NCBI RefSeq assembly: GCF_036365525.1
Contig: NC_090398.1
Coordinates: forward strand, 65,270,369 to 65,334,368
Direction: 5' to 3'
Source of the DNA: Heterodontus francisci
Taxonomy: Eukaryota
DNA length: 64,000 nt
This document shows positions 1 through 12,235 of the stretch, piece after piece (the first letter of the stretch is position 1; each line of letters starts with the position of its first letter). The position numbers were made by a program, and so were the translations under genes. Under the pieces are notes generated by a model, which had not been told where the DNA came from, ran no database searches, and saw nothing but the letters and a program-made list of their open reading frames with translations.

Positions 1-334
1 ACGACCTCCCCTTCACAAAACCATGCTGTCTCTCGCTAATAAGTTTGTTTGCTTCCAACTGGGATTAAATACTGTCCCGAAGAATCCTTTCCAATAGTTT
101 CCCTACCACTGACGTCAGCCTCACCGGACTAGAATTTCCTGGATTATCCTTGCCACCCTTCTTAAACAAAGGAACAACATTGGCTATTCTCCAGTCCTCT
201 GGGACCTCACCTGTAGCCAATGAGGATGCAAATATTTCTGTCAAGGCCCCAGCAATTTCTTCCCTTGCATCCCTCAGAATTCTAGGGTAGACCCCTTCAG
301 TCCCTGGGGACCTATCTAACTTAATGCTGTGCAA
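1..334 (-). mobile_element. CR1-type LINE ORF2 fragment
   Basis: ORF 65..334 (SPGxxGVYPRILRDAREEIAGAL...DWRIANVVPLFKKG) closely matches the ORF2 of the CR1 at 24123-26165 in this window. Confidence 0.9.
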
Positions 335-621
335 GTATTAAAATGCAAAACAAATAATCTAATCGTGATCAAATACAGTTATGTATTTATTGAACATCTT
401 TCTTCCAACTCCTTGAGTACATAAAATTAAAGATCCCAACTCGAGGAACCAAAATAAGTTTTTGTTGATAACTTAAAAATACACACAGTATTTATCTTTT
501 CTGTCAGAAATATCAGCCTGTCTCTTCTGAGACTTTCAAACAACTTCTTGACTCCCTCCTGATTTTTACGCAGTCTTCTCATGAGATTATCCATTTTCTC
601 TCCACAAAGAAAGACTTGCTC

Positions 622-775
622 TTTTCCAGCACCTTTCACAATCTCAGGACGTCCCAAACCACATTCCACCCAATGAAGATCTTTGTGAATTGTCGTCACT
701 GTTGTACAGTAGGAAACACAGCAGCCATTGCCCACAGCAAGTTCCCACAAACAGCACTTTGATAATAACCAGATA
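622..775. mobile_element. Probable SINE remnant (shark-type dispersed repeat)
   Basis: TCAGGACGTCCCAAA...GTCACTGTTGTACAGTAGGAAAC...CACAGCAAG resembles a common chondrichthyan SINE segment; recalled from memory, not searched. Confidence 0.35.
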
Positions 776-802
776 GAACAGAAACAAATTGTGTCAAACC
801 AT

Positions 803-1114
803 AGTTTAGTTTAGTTTAGAGATACAGCACCGAAACAGGCCCTTCGGCCCACCTAGTCTGTGCCGACCATCAACCACCCATTTATAATAATCCCATATCC
901 CGACCACCTACCGAGAGAAGGGGCAATTTATAATGGCCAATTAAACAAACAACCTGCATGTCTTTGGCCTGTGGGAAGAAACCGGAGCACCCGGAGGAAA
1001 CCCAAGCAGACACAGGGAGAACTTGCAAACTCCACACAGACAGTACCCAGAATTGAACCCGGGTCGCTGGAGCTGTGAGGCTGCGGAGCTAACCACAGCG
1101 CCACTGTGCCGCCC
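803..1114 (-). mobile_element. tRNA-derived V-SINE (HE1-like)
   Basis: Minus strand: GGGCGGCACAGTGGCGCTGTGGTTAG (A box), GGTTCAATTC (B box), V-domain core GGGTTTCCTCCGGGTGCTCCGGTTTC, CR1-like 3' tail (GGGCCGAAGGGCCTGTTTC) and (CTAAA)n end. Confidence 0.85.
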
Positions 1115-1197
1115 AAATAAATTAAAATAGATTAAAAAGAAAACTAATAGCCTACTCCAATGAGGCACCCAATCAGCAGTGAGGTGAACACTGGATT

Positions 1198-1716
1198 TAG
1201 TAGTCTCAGTTACAGACATAACAGGTCAGTCTTCCCATTCACAGAGATAGCAAGTAAGTAGTCTCAGTTACAGACAGAGCAAGTAAGTAGTCTCAGTTGC
1301 AGACAGAGCAAGTAAGTAGTCTCAGTTACAGACATAACAGGTCAGTCGTCCCATTCACAGAGATAGCAAGTAAGTAGTCTCAGTTACAGACAGAGCAAGT
1401 AAGTAGTCTCAGTTTCAGACATAGCAAGTAAGTAGTCTCAGATACAGACAGAGCAAGTAAGTAGTCTCAGTTACAGATTTAGCAAGTAAGTAGTCTCAGT
1501 TACAGACAGAGCAAGTAAGTAGTCTCAGTTTCAGACATTGCAAGTAAGTAGTCTCAGTTACAGATGGAGCAAGTAAGTAGTCTCAGTTACAGCCAAAGCA
1601 AGTAAGTAGTCTCAGTTACGGACACAGCAAGTCAGTAGCCTCAGATACAGAGATAGCAAGTAAGTAGTCTCAGTCACAGACAGAGCAAGTAAGTAGTCTC
1701 AGTTACAGACACAGCA
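1198..1716. repeat. 29-bp minisatellite, ~18 units
   Basis: Unit AGCAAGTAAGTAGTCTCAGTTACAGACAG (period 29, e.g. 1249 and 1278); two variant units contain ACAGGTCAGTCxTCCCATTC. Confidence 0.95.
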
Positions 1717-1732
1717 AAAAAAACAAAAGGTC

Positions 1733-3642
1733 TTATAAATGGTCATGTAAAAAAAGAATAGAGTCAACAGTGGAAGGCTGAAGGACAGTCCTCCACTGGT
1801 TGATTGTCCTTCCAGCTACGCTGAAGTTCCTCTCCCTGATGCTACAGCTCGCCGGAATGCAAAGTATACTTCTAGCCAGCCTGGTCAATTTGGGGTATGT
1901 AACACTGTGTTCTTTCCACCAGCCCATCAGATCACGTTGGTTTTCCATCGCCTACACAGCAGGTCTCTGTGCTGTGTACTGCTGCACTTCATCATTTGTG
2001 TCTATCTCTTCATGAACATTCTCCCATTCTGCAAATGCTGTCACTGCTTTTTTGGCAGCTGTAGTTTCATTATCAACCATTGTCGTTTCCTTCACCGGGA
2101 CTTCTGTTTTAATGTTATTGATAAGTCTGCGCACTTCAGAATAAACTTCTTCCCTATCATGGCTGGATAACATTCGTAGCTGATTAAATTTAGGCCAGAG
2201 AAATGTTGCTATCATGTGCTCGTCATTTATTTTAACTTTCTTCAGAAGCCACTGTCTGTTCCGTTCCCTGACAACTGCTTGCATTGGAGTATCTGAAGAA
2301 TGTGGCATACAGAGACGTTTAAGTTTCTAAAACCACGGAATTACCAGGTTCAATGTAGGATATTGGTCTCCCTCGAGTTCCCTCTGAGCTTCATAAAATG
2401 GTCGGAGGAAATCCACCAAAAACTGCAAGACATCAGGGGTGATATTTTACAGCCTGGAGCTTTCCCCACGCTGTTCCAGTTTCTCGAGTAGCTCATGATA
2501 AATATCCTGCATTGAATTCAGTGTCAGATACACAGTACTGTACCTCATTTCTTCCATTGGATTTAAAGTTTTAGACAACTGTGCAGCAAGACCAGACTAT
2601 TTAATATATTTCACCAAGTCTTTGGCATGATGTATAGTTTCTACAACATCCAAAGCTTCAGAAGCTAATTCCTTTGGATCAAGTGAATGTTGAAGGACCG
2701 TGTTATATACATGGCCCTGACAATCCAGACGTTGATGTGGTCTAAGAGAAAACACTATGTTCGTGCCTTGATCTGTCACCCATACTAGTTTATGTAAATT
2801 TGCTGGGTCGAATCCAAATGTATTCACGAGCAGATTTAAAATCTCCTGCCTGATGTTTCCGCCAGTTTTGACGTCCTCCAGTGGAAACATTGCTGTTGTT
2901 AAAACTTTGACATTAAGTTTAAAATCTGCTGTGATGTCATGACAAGTTATAGACATATAATGGATTTTATTGTAGTCGCCCTTCCACATGTCAGTTGTCA
3001 TTCCCATATTCACATCCTTCAGTATGTCAGCAATCTGAGAAATTAGTTCTTTTCTCTTTTCTTTGACCACATCACGACACCTTCTTGAAACTGTACTTGG
3101 ATTTGGTAACACACTTGATGCTGATACTTGACCATATGTTGCACCCACATTGATAAGCTCTTGTGCTAGCTCAACAAACCCTTCACCAGAGACAGTTTGG
3201 AAAGATCGAATATCTTTGCAACAGAAACTCACGCATTTGCCTATAATTTCTGATTTCTTGTGAGTGGGTAAGTTTTTTTTTCTCTTGTCCGTACAAAGTA
3301 AGTTAAGTCTGACCGCCTTGGCCCTGCTGTGGTTCGAGTACATCCTTTTACAGTGTGCCGCTGCAAAGATGAATTTCCTGTCTTTTTGCTGTGATTTTTT
3401 AGTAGAAGTTTGCAAGATTTACATTGTACAAATCCACTTGAACTTTTACTATTGCGGAAAACAACAACATTGAAATGTTCCCACACAGAAGATTTACGTT
3501 TTCCGGCTACAGGACTTTCCACTGCTAAACATTCTCCAGTAGACAGCATTTGTTTTACATCCGTAGTGTACAGTAATGTAAAATCACCTTTGGACACATG
3601 TAGTCGGGTCTAGTCGTGTTTGGGTCAGGCAGCCAGGCTTCA
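1733..3642 (-). mobile_element. Defective hAT DNA transposon (Ac group, Hermes/hobo-like transposase), frameshifted
   Basis: ORF pieces 3241..3597 (BED finger SSVWEHF...CKSC...LQRH), 2597..3415 (GMTTDMW, VTDQGTNI, CxxH), 1952..2308 and 1733..1948 (WW...YPKL..LA..IL.IPAS...ERNFS dimerisation domain); terminus-like sequence at 3594-3642. Confidence 0.9.
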
Positions 3643-3839
3643 TGTCATATTTCTACTTCCAAGTCCTATTGTTGAAGGGAAAACAAGCAGACACTGTTTA
3701 AAATGTGTCCTTAAACTTCTCACCTAGTCTTTAAAAACCCGCCGCATCGTTATAGTGCAGCCATTTTTTTCTGCTGTTCACTGTCCAATCACAATGAACA
3801 GAGAGACTATGGATCTGAACCAGGAACATTCATTACAGT

Positions 3840-5070
3840 TGGGAGACAGAAAGCAGCAATGATTTTCAATAGAGCCTTCTTCTCATTCTGTCTCTCTCAC
3901 CCTGTCCAGACACTGCCTGAGAAATACCTCTCTCTTTCCCCCAACTCACTCCATGTCCCAGGACCAGTACCTGCTAAAGGCCTGCTAACAGACCCGAACC
4001 CGACAGGACTTGACGACATGTGTCGGGTTTGGGTCGGTCACTCTTCTGGGTCGAGCTCTTGGGCTCGGGTCGGACAAACACAGTATTAATTGGACTTGAA
4101 AGGTTGTTTAAAAAGATGAAGATTGGAGCCGCGAAGCCAGTGATTGTTTGGTCATGAGTTAAACTGAAACCCATGGAGTTGTGTCCAGCCAGGTTGTGCC
4201 AAACTGTACCAGTATCTGTATTGCTTAAACTAAACACAGCAATTGCCAGAAGGCTCAGTAAATATCAATATAAATTACCTAGACTCCTGCTTTACAGGTT
4301 GAAATAATTGCTGCAAGTTTATCCAGTGAGCAGCTGAAATGCAAAGAGTGATTAATTATTACAAAATGATGATAAAATATACAGTATTTGTATTAAAACA
4401 TATAACCTGTTCACTGTCAGGACTCTAGTCTACAGACACACACAGTACCTGACCGAACAACAGCGGACCCGAGCCCGACCCGACCATCCCTTCACTTCCC
4501 TTCCTGACACTCAACCTGCAAGACGCTACACCGCATGCGTGATGATGGCAAAGTGACGGCACCGGCTCACTGCGCAGACTCAGTTCCGACCCGGACTCCC
4601 AGCTCCGGTCAGTTTTTTTAAATTTCAATACTGACCAGCAGAGACTGACCGAGTGTGTTCGACCCGACCCGAACTGGACCCGAGCCCGAAAGCCGGAGCC
4701 GCAAGCTGGGCCCGAGCCGAGGCGGACACATGTGCTCGGGTCCCGATCGGGTTGGATTCGGGTATCCAGGCCTCTGGTGCACATTCCACACAGTCCCCGA
4801 CTCCCGCTGAACTTCCCCGCTATTCAATGTTAATCTCTGAACACATCTGCAGACTCGCTCCCAAACCTGATGTTGCTGCAGGAAGCAGATGTTGTTTGTT
4901 CACTTACCCCGGGACCCGGATGTCTCCATTCGCAGCTGATTTAAACAATCTTCCGCTCACTCACTGAATGACGCTCAGAGACAGTGTTGGGGGAAGGGGA
5001 GCGGATGCGCTTTTCCCATCATTATGACGTCATCAGTGGGCGGAGCTACACCGCGCGTACGCAGATCGCT
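3840..5070 (-). promoter_or_regulatory. Copy 1 of a CpG promoter/first-exon module, interrupted by a hAT MITE at 3975-4776
   Basis: TGACGTCA, GC box and CGGAAG at ~4950-5045; donor G|GTGAGA at 3900; homologous to 18500-18870, 42850-43280, 55790-56087 and 59550-59990. Confidence 0.55.
3975..4776. mobile_element. Non-autonomous hAT element (MITE-like) with a nested second hAT end
   Basis: Imperfect TIRs TAAAGGCCTG ... CAGGCCTCTG, many ACCCGA/TCGGGT subterminal repeats, right flank GTGCACAT (nTnnnnAn); uninterrupted paralogous site near 18545-18566; inner end CAGGACTCTA at 4418-4427. Confidence 0.75.
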
Positions 5071-6299
5071 GCAACAGAATTCAATGGGAACTTTCCCCAT
5101 TCCACCCTCATCAATGTGTGAACAATGAAACTGAACAAGGGGTGAGGGTGGAGGGAGGGTGGGGAGGGGTGGAGGGAATCTATAACCTCGAAAGCCAGGA
5201 GCTGATCCCATTTAGATGTTCAAATTGCCGTCTCTCCCTGCAGGGTGTTTGTTATTATTGAGACCCTCCTCTCAAAACAATCGGACAGAAACATTGGAGG
5301 AAGGAGGGAGTCGTTGTGTTTGCTGGGACCTTGTAGAATTCATTTCAGCCAGCAATGGTTTGTCTAACCGGAGTGAAACCAACGGTCAATGTGAGTAATA
5401 CCGAATGGCGATCTTCATCGTTTCATTCTAAACAAGAGACACGGAGCTGCCGCGATTACACCGGGCACACAAACACAGTGACAATGGAGCCCGTCCCAGA
5501 GTTTCATCTCCCGGTTGTTAAATGTCCTCATGTGCACAGTCTTTGCTGTGAATTTTCAGGGCTCAGTTGCCGATGTCTCGGGCTCTGTCCCTTAAACACA
5601 CGGAACCATGAGATCCTCACACTCCATTTTGAAAGATTTATGGACAGGAATTTTTCCAGCCTTTGATCCAGTCGATCATAACCTGCTGTTCAAACATAGT
5701 ATTGTTCAAACAATTAATGTGAAATTCTGTTCACTATCGGGCCTTGAACTCGGTTTGAGCAGACCAACCACTGAAAGATTCAGCATCTTTCCAGATATAG
5801 CAGCCAGAGCTGGATAAAGGGACTCAGGGTTTAATCTTGCACACACACAACAGAAGGAGTGACAGTCACACAGGAATGGGAACTGGTCTCGTTTCTGTCG
5901 CCTACTCACCCAGCAGGTAGAGTTAGAAACTGATTAAACATCCAACACACTGCAATTCTGTCCTGGAGAAATACAGAGGCTCTTCCATTCCATCCTTCCC
6001 TCCCGTACACTCGGCAGATTGACAGCACAAGGCCTTTCAGGTATCATTTCCGTGACCAAGAGTTTCACTCCGTTGATATTAAACAGAGACTATCAGATGT
6101 TTATCCTTCATCCTGGAAATACTCGGACTCACTCTTGCACTTCTACCACAATGTTTTGGACAATTGAGGAGCCGCCCCTGCACCCGCTCTCCTGCCTCAT
6201 TCAGACAACCTTCCAGTCTCAGCCTCACACACCTTACCAATAATTTGCTTTTGATCAATATGACTCAAAGATTGTTTGCAGCGCCAATCACTTAAATAA

Positions 6300-7340
6300 T
6301 AATGGCAGTGATTTGTACAAATATCCCATATCCTCGACATCACCATAATTCCAACCAGACAGAATAGTGAGAGTACAGGTAGAAAAACAAAACATGTTTC
6401 TAAAAGAGTATAAGAAAATATTAATGAGTAGCAACCAAGAGAAACAAAAATAATTTATAAGTAAAGAAAAATGTAAAATGATAGTGCAAGAAATTGCGGA
6501 GCTTTTCGGGATAAAGAAATGAAATCTCCTTGTGTTGGAAAAGGTAATGAATGAGAGCGTTATATGTCTGTTCACAAAAGCAAGGATGAAGTTAATGTCT
6601 CGGTAGAGGAGAGGTACAGAGGTATTGGGTAGAATGAAAATAGACAGAAAGGAGGTTCTCAACAGATTGGTATCACTTTAAGTTAATGAGTCCAGATAGA
6701 AAGCATCTCAGATTGCTGAGGGAGATAACAGAAGTCCTGACGACAATGTTTGGATATTGAAGTAGTTCCAGTCGACTGAAACAGTGCAAATGTTACACTC
6801 CTGTTCCAGAAATGGGAAGGAAAAAGCTGGTGACTGCAGACCAATTAATTTTATCATCAGTGGTCGAAAACAATTGGAGACAAGTGTCAAGGATCAAATG
6901 AACTTCAACTTGAAGAATGATGAGTTAATAAGGGACAAGCAGTACCGATTTACTAAGGACAAATCATGTGCAAATAACCTGATTGAGTTCTTGGGGTTGA
7001 CTTTGCTGAAGATAGTGCTGTAGATATTGGATATCTGATTTTTGAAAGGCATTCGATCAAGTAGTCCATAACAGAGTTACACAGAAATTAGAAGTTCATG
7101 TTAAATATTGATACTGGTATGCTGAGATGGTAGTTGGCTAAAGGATCGGAGACAGAGTGTAGTAGTGAACTGATGTTTTTTTAATGTGAAGAAGTATGCA
7201 GCAGGGTGACACAGAAATCTTTATTAACAACATTGCTTTTATAGAGACCATAATTTGGAAGTTTGAGGAGGACAAAATACATAGCAATGTATGTGAATAG
7301 TAAAGAGCTGTAAGTTTCAGGTAGATGTTACCTGTACAGA
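6300..7340 (+). mobile_element. Highly degraded CR1 ORF2 remnant
   Basis: ORF 6784..7023 resembles the CR1 RT N-terminus (GDCRPI...KQYRFTKDKSCANNLIEF); copies in the paralogous blocks. Confidence 0.65.
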
Positions 7341-7774
7341 GGTGAGACAGAGAATACCCAACCCGTCTCACCTTGAGATTCTTGGCCAAGATGGACCTAC
7401 AAGGTTCTGTGATCAAGTCAGAGAGTTTATTTGGCTTAACTAAGATGCACAAAGTTAATCCGTAACAACAACAATAAGTATACAGTAACACTCAGGACTG
7501 GTTCTTGCTTCTGAGCTTGCTGGGACATGGACTTCTCTCCTTCTTCTTCTCTTGCTGTGTTGACCATAGTGTATCTTCTCCTTCTAAGTGTGCCAACAAT
7601 GTTCTGTTCACACCTTGCTAAGTGAACCGATGACATCCCATATCACCCTTTATTTTACGCTTCTCGGTGTACTGGGATCTGACCATATTAGGTTCTGAAT
7701 TGTTGCGGGTATCCTAATTGGTTCAATCTACACACTTTACAGATGCTTCCTGTGTCTTTCACTTTTAGCAAGGA

Positions 7775-8200
7775 TCCTTGTGTTCCCAGGTTCTAGTCTC
7801 TCTCATAAGGGGAAACATCCTCTCAGTATCCACCCGGCCAAGTGCTCTCAAGATCTTATGCATTTCAATAAGATCACTTCTCATTCTTCTTAATTCTAAT
7901 GGCTACAGGCCAACCTGTCCAGCCATTTCCCAGAAAATAACTCCTTCATCCGAGCAATCAGTCGAGTGAATCTTCTCTGAACTGCTTCCAATGCAATTTA
8001 TTTGTTTTCATCAGTAAGGAGACCAAAACTGTACACATTATTACGGATGCAGTCTCACCAATACCCTGGACAACTGTAGCAAATCTTCCTAACTTTAATA
8101 GTCCAATCTCCTTGCAATAACTGACATCATTCCATTTGCCTTCCTAAACTCATGCTGTACGTGCCAACCAACTTTTTTGTGATTCATGTACCAGGATACC
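7775..8200 (-). mobile_element. CR1 ORF2 3' fragment
   Basis: Minus-strand RMRSDLIE.HKILR.LGRVD-type coding remnant; paralog at ~52695-53125. Confidence 0.7.
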
Positions 8201-8424
8201 CAACTCTGTCGCGTTGTTTTACTGTATGTTTCTGTTCCGTGTTGATTCAGTGCGTCATGAATTAAACGGTTGCATTTGATAATGTATTCGTGAAGGCCGA
8301 TTCAAACCGAGTTGGAAGACAGATGGGGGATCTCAGCCGATATAAATGAAGCTACAAAAAGTCAGATTTCATAATTCTTCCGGCCAAATTAGTTTCTTTT
8401 AATCTTTGCCTTGATTGCTAATCG

Positions 8425-9062
<638 letters not shown>

Positions 9063-9105
9063 ACTCACCCTGCCCCGAACTGAGTTTGGCATCAAATAAC
9101 ACAAC

Positions 9106-9146
9106 GGCTCTTTTAACAGCCACCAAACCGGCAAAACAAAGAGCTG
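9106..9146 (+). terminator. Histone 3' stem-loop (one stem mismatch) plus HDE
   Basis: GGCTCT-TTTA-ACAGCC at 9106-9121, followed by ACCA and purine-rich AAAGAGCTG. Confidence 0.9.
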
Positions 9147-9295
9147 CGATCACCTGTTGTCAGAGAACTGTGGTCTGGAGCAGGTCATTTTATTAGAGAG
9201 CCGATCATTGTGTAAAAGCTTTCGTTTGTATAAACGGTAGATATGCTAAAATGACTGACAAATATTGCAAGAGGCGAGCAGTTAAATGCCCGAAT

Positions 9296-9670
9296 CCAGT
9301 ACTGAGAAGGCTGAGGGAAGATCTGATTAAAATGTACAACATTTTGGCGGGACTGGAGAGAGTGGAGGTGAAGAGTCTTAGCAGAGAGGTCAGTGACTAT
9401 GGGGCATATGTTTAAAGAGATAGGTATAAAAATTAGAGGGAAAACGAGAATTTTATTTTCACCCAGAGGGTGATGGGCGTCTGGAACTCACTGCCTGAAA
9501 TGATAGTTGAGGCAGAGACCACCAACTCATTCAAAAGGAATCTGGATATGCATCTCAAGTGCTGTAATCTGCAGGGCGACGAACTGAATGCTGGAAGGTG
9601 GGATTAGAATAGGTGGGTCGTATTTCGGCCGGCACCAACAAGATGGGGCAAGTGCCCTCTTTCTATGCCA
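9296..9670 (+). mobile_element. CR1 3'-end fragment between H3 and H2A
   Basis: AGGCTGAGGGAAGATCTGATT...TTTTTCACCCAGAGGGTG...TGGAACTCACTGCC; paralog at ~37460-37825. Confidence 0.8.
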
Positions 9671-9742
9671 ATACAAAGCAGCGCTAGCATTATAAAATTG
9701 CCTTCTCAGACAGCAAGCAGCCCTTTAACAGATAAAGTGGGT

Positions 9743-9758
9743 GGCTCTGAAAAGAGAC
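9743..9758 (-). terminator. H2A 3' stem-loop, mutated at G2
   Basis: Minus strand GTCTCT-TTTC-AGAGCC-ACCCA. Confidence 0.85.
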
Positions 9759-9805
9759 TTTGGGTTCGCAGATTTAAGTCAGGCAGCTTCACTTGCTCTT
9801 GGTGC

Positions 9806-10177
9806 TCAAGCGATGGATTTCTTGGGCAGCAGCACAGCCTGGATATTAGGCAGCACCCCGCCCTGAGCGATGGGCACCCCTCCCAGCAGCCTGTCGAGCT
9901 CCTCGTCGTTGCGGACGGCCAGCTGGAGGTGTCTGGGGATGATGCGGGTCTTCTTGTTGTCCTGCGCCGCGTTGCCGGCCAGCTCGAGGATTTCAGCTGT
10001 CAGATACTCGAGCACAGCAGCCAGATGGACCGGGGGTCCGGCACCCACACGCTCAGCATAGTTCCCCTTTTTAAGGAACCTGTGAACACGGCCCACCGGG
10101 AACTGCAGTCCAGCCCGGGAGGAGCGAGACTTGGCCTTGGACCGAGCTTTACGACCGGTCTTCCCTCTTCCAGACAT
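9806..10177 (-). pseudogene. H2A: Histone H2A, divergent and C-terminally truncated (probable pseudogene)
   Basis: MSGRGK... ORF with several radical changes ([17 protein letters not shown]); a 1-bp deletion gives TGA after PKKSIA, whereas the paralog at 37295-37332 retains [12 protein letters not shown]. Confidence 0.85.
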
Positions 10178-11114
10178 TTCCACAATCTGACAAACACTTT
10201 CAGGAAGAATGCTGAGAACCGCCCACAATCGTCCCATTTATACCTTCGGGAGGAATGGTGTCGGGGGCACTGGGGATTGGTCACTCTGCACTGGGTGTCA
10301 TTGTGCTCGTCATGTGACCAATCAGAGAACTGCTTAATTCACCAATCCGGAGACGCCAAGGAGATGAGGGCGGAAAATAACGGCGCGAAATTGTCAGACT
10401 GCAAACGATTTCTCAAATTTGAAAAGCCCGCCAATATATTTGTAAAACACCGAGTGGCTACAATATAGATCATCACATTTTTAGGTAACTTGGTTTTACC
10501 GCAAATATTTTTTATTCATATTGTATTTTTCTGCATTTGATAACAAGTTACAGATTCGCTTTCACATTCCGCCATCTATTCGGGTTTACTCTCTATCCTT
10601 TTTGAAACATTGTATAACCAGCGGACAGAAAGCCTCTTTCACAGCATTCTGTAACCATTTCAGCTCAATGTTCCTAATGATACCGCATCACTGACTATAG
10701 ATTGATCCCTATTGGTGAGAGACAACAGCGGAGTGTATAATCTTAGTGTCAGGTGTCAAAGAGTGAGACTGAGGTTCCCACACCACCGGGGTTTCTCGAT
10801 AATGTGCTGATTACTTATTGAGGACAAATTTGATCTCGGGATATGAGTGACTGAGAAATGATGCCTGTGCGTTACATCAGATTTTATTGTCGAAATACAG
10901 CAGAGGGGCCGAATATGAACGCGTCCGTGAACAAACCTCACAAATGGTCAGTAATTAATGATCGGGACATTATTAAGTAGAGACAGGAAGATCGCACGGG
11001 CAGTGAAACTGCATTAACCAGAATCTGTGGGATTAAAACAGAGATCACAAAGGCAGTTAGAAAATACTTGCTAAAAATATCAAAACAAATTGATATTATA
11101 GAGATAATGTTGTA

Positions 11115-11295
11115 GCTTTTTGAGAGACGTTGTGGGTGGCTCTTAAAGTTCGAAACTGGCATTTTATACACATCCCCAGAGCTCTATGTTAATGAAGGAT
11201 GGGGTGAAAACCATGTTCGTAATTGGCTGGTTTACAATGAAGTCAATTCTTGAGATTCTGTATTTATCTGATTGGGTATCTAAAGTAACCAATCA
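11115..11295 (-). pseudogene. Histone gene relic: promoter fused to half a stem-loop, coding region deleted
   Basis: Minus strand: CCAAT boxes, CTTCATTAACATA, TGTATAAAAT, then ~13 nt later TTTAAGAGCCACCCA and AAAAAGCT; paralog at 36070-36252 (+). Confidence 0.55.
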
Positions 11296-11336
11296 AATTT
11301 AGTGTTCGGCGAAGCCAAAACATTCGCCGCAGTCAT

Positions 11337-11880
11337 CTCAGTCCATTGCTCTTGCCTGTCACCTATCCACCGATATCCCTGACTTTCTCAATCCCTCTGT
11401 TACTGTCTCTTCAACTGTTTCAGTTTTGTTGGCACCAGCCCGTCACCTTTTTCATTCTGCATGGATCATTCCTCCGCACTTCAGCTTACTCACAGAAGAC
11501 AAGGTGGCCGAGTGATTAAAACGATGAACTGCTAATCTGTTGCACTCTGCATGCGTGGGTTTCAATTCCATACTCCTTGTTTCTGAATGTTTAAAATAAG
11601 AGCACCGGCTTCGTGTTCCATTCGAGTGTGCTGCTTCTTTTTAAAGAAGGCATACGGATGTGTAAAATAAACACAGTGACGGTGTTGTAGTGGAGTATTG
11701 CATCCAGTTCTGGTTATTTGAGGGTACAGAGGAGATTTATCAGAATGTGTGAAGTCGGTAGAGATGGGTTTGTTCTGCATTGAATCAACAACATTGAAAC
11801 AGTTGAAGAGACAGTAGCAGAGGGAGTCAGAAAGTCGGGGATATTGGTGGATAGGTGACAGGCAAGATCAGTGGACGAGC
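11337..11880. repeat. ~95-bp inverted repeats (11337-11430 and 11787-11880) enclosing the tRNA-Ser relic
   Basis: TCTTGCCTGTCACCTATCCACC...CTGTCTCTTCAACTGTTTCA versus its reverse complement; same structure at ~35485-36028. Confidence 0.85.
11498..11579 (+). tRNA. tRNA-Ser(GCT) pseudogene
   Basis: 82 nt collinear with vertebrate tRNA-Ser-GCT (GACxAGGTGGCCGAGTG...CTGCTAATC...GCGTGGGTTxxAAT); D-loop GG and T-loop are mutated. Confidence 0.85.
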
Positions 11881-11999
11881 TTACTGAAGGGAGATTTACA
11901 ACAAGTGTGAAACATCATGACAAGTGAGACAAGGATAAACAGTTCCCATTAGCTCATTGTACAAGGACATAGTGACAGAAATTGCGGATTTTGGGCAGG

Positions 12000-12235
12000 A
12001 GATTTGGGGCGAACACGGAGTGAGTGGTTTTGCACTCACTTCCCACAAGGGTGTTGGAAGTAGAGACAGTCAATTACTTCAAGAGATTATTGACACAGCA
12101 GTTGAAGGAATTAAACTTGCAGTGCGACAGGGATCGAGCGGTGGAGTGAGTGTGACTGGATTGCACTCTGGAGAGCTGTCATGGACTCAATGGGCCAAAT
12201 AGCCCCCTTCTGTGCTGTAAATAACTCTATGTTTA
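12000..12235 (+). mobile_element. CR1 3'-end remnant
   Basis: Ends ...ATGGGCCAAATAGCCCCCTTCTGTGCTGTAAATAACTCTATG, a CR1-type tail. Confidence 0.6.

Noticed and set aside
4425-4967. GC-rich ORFs over the MITE (also 55897-56482)
   Set aside because: They arise from CCCGA/TCGGG subterminal repeats; no protein similarity recognised
5216-5398. 60-aa ORF MFKLPS... repeated at 19141 and 55453
   Set aside because: Explained by segmental duplication; the fourth copy (~32940-33055) has a premature stop and no motif is recognisable
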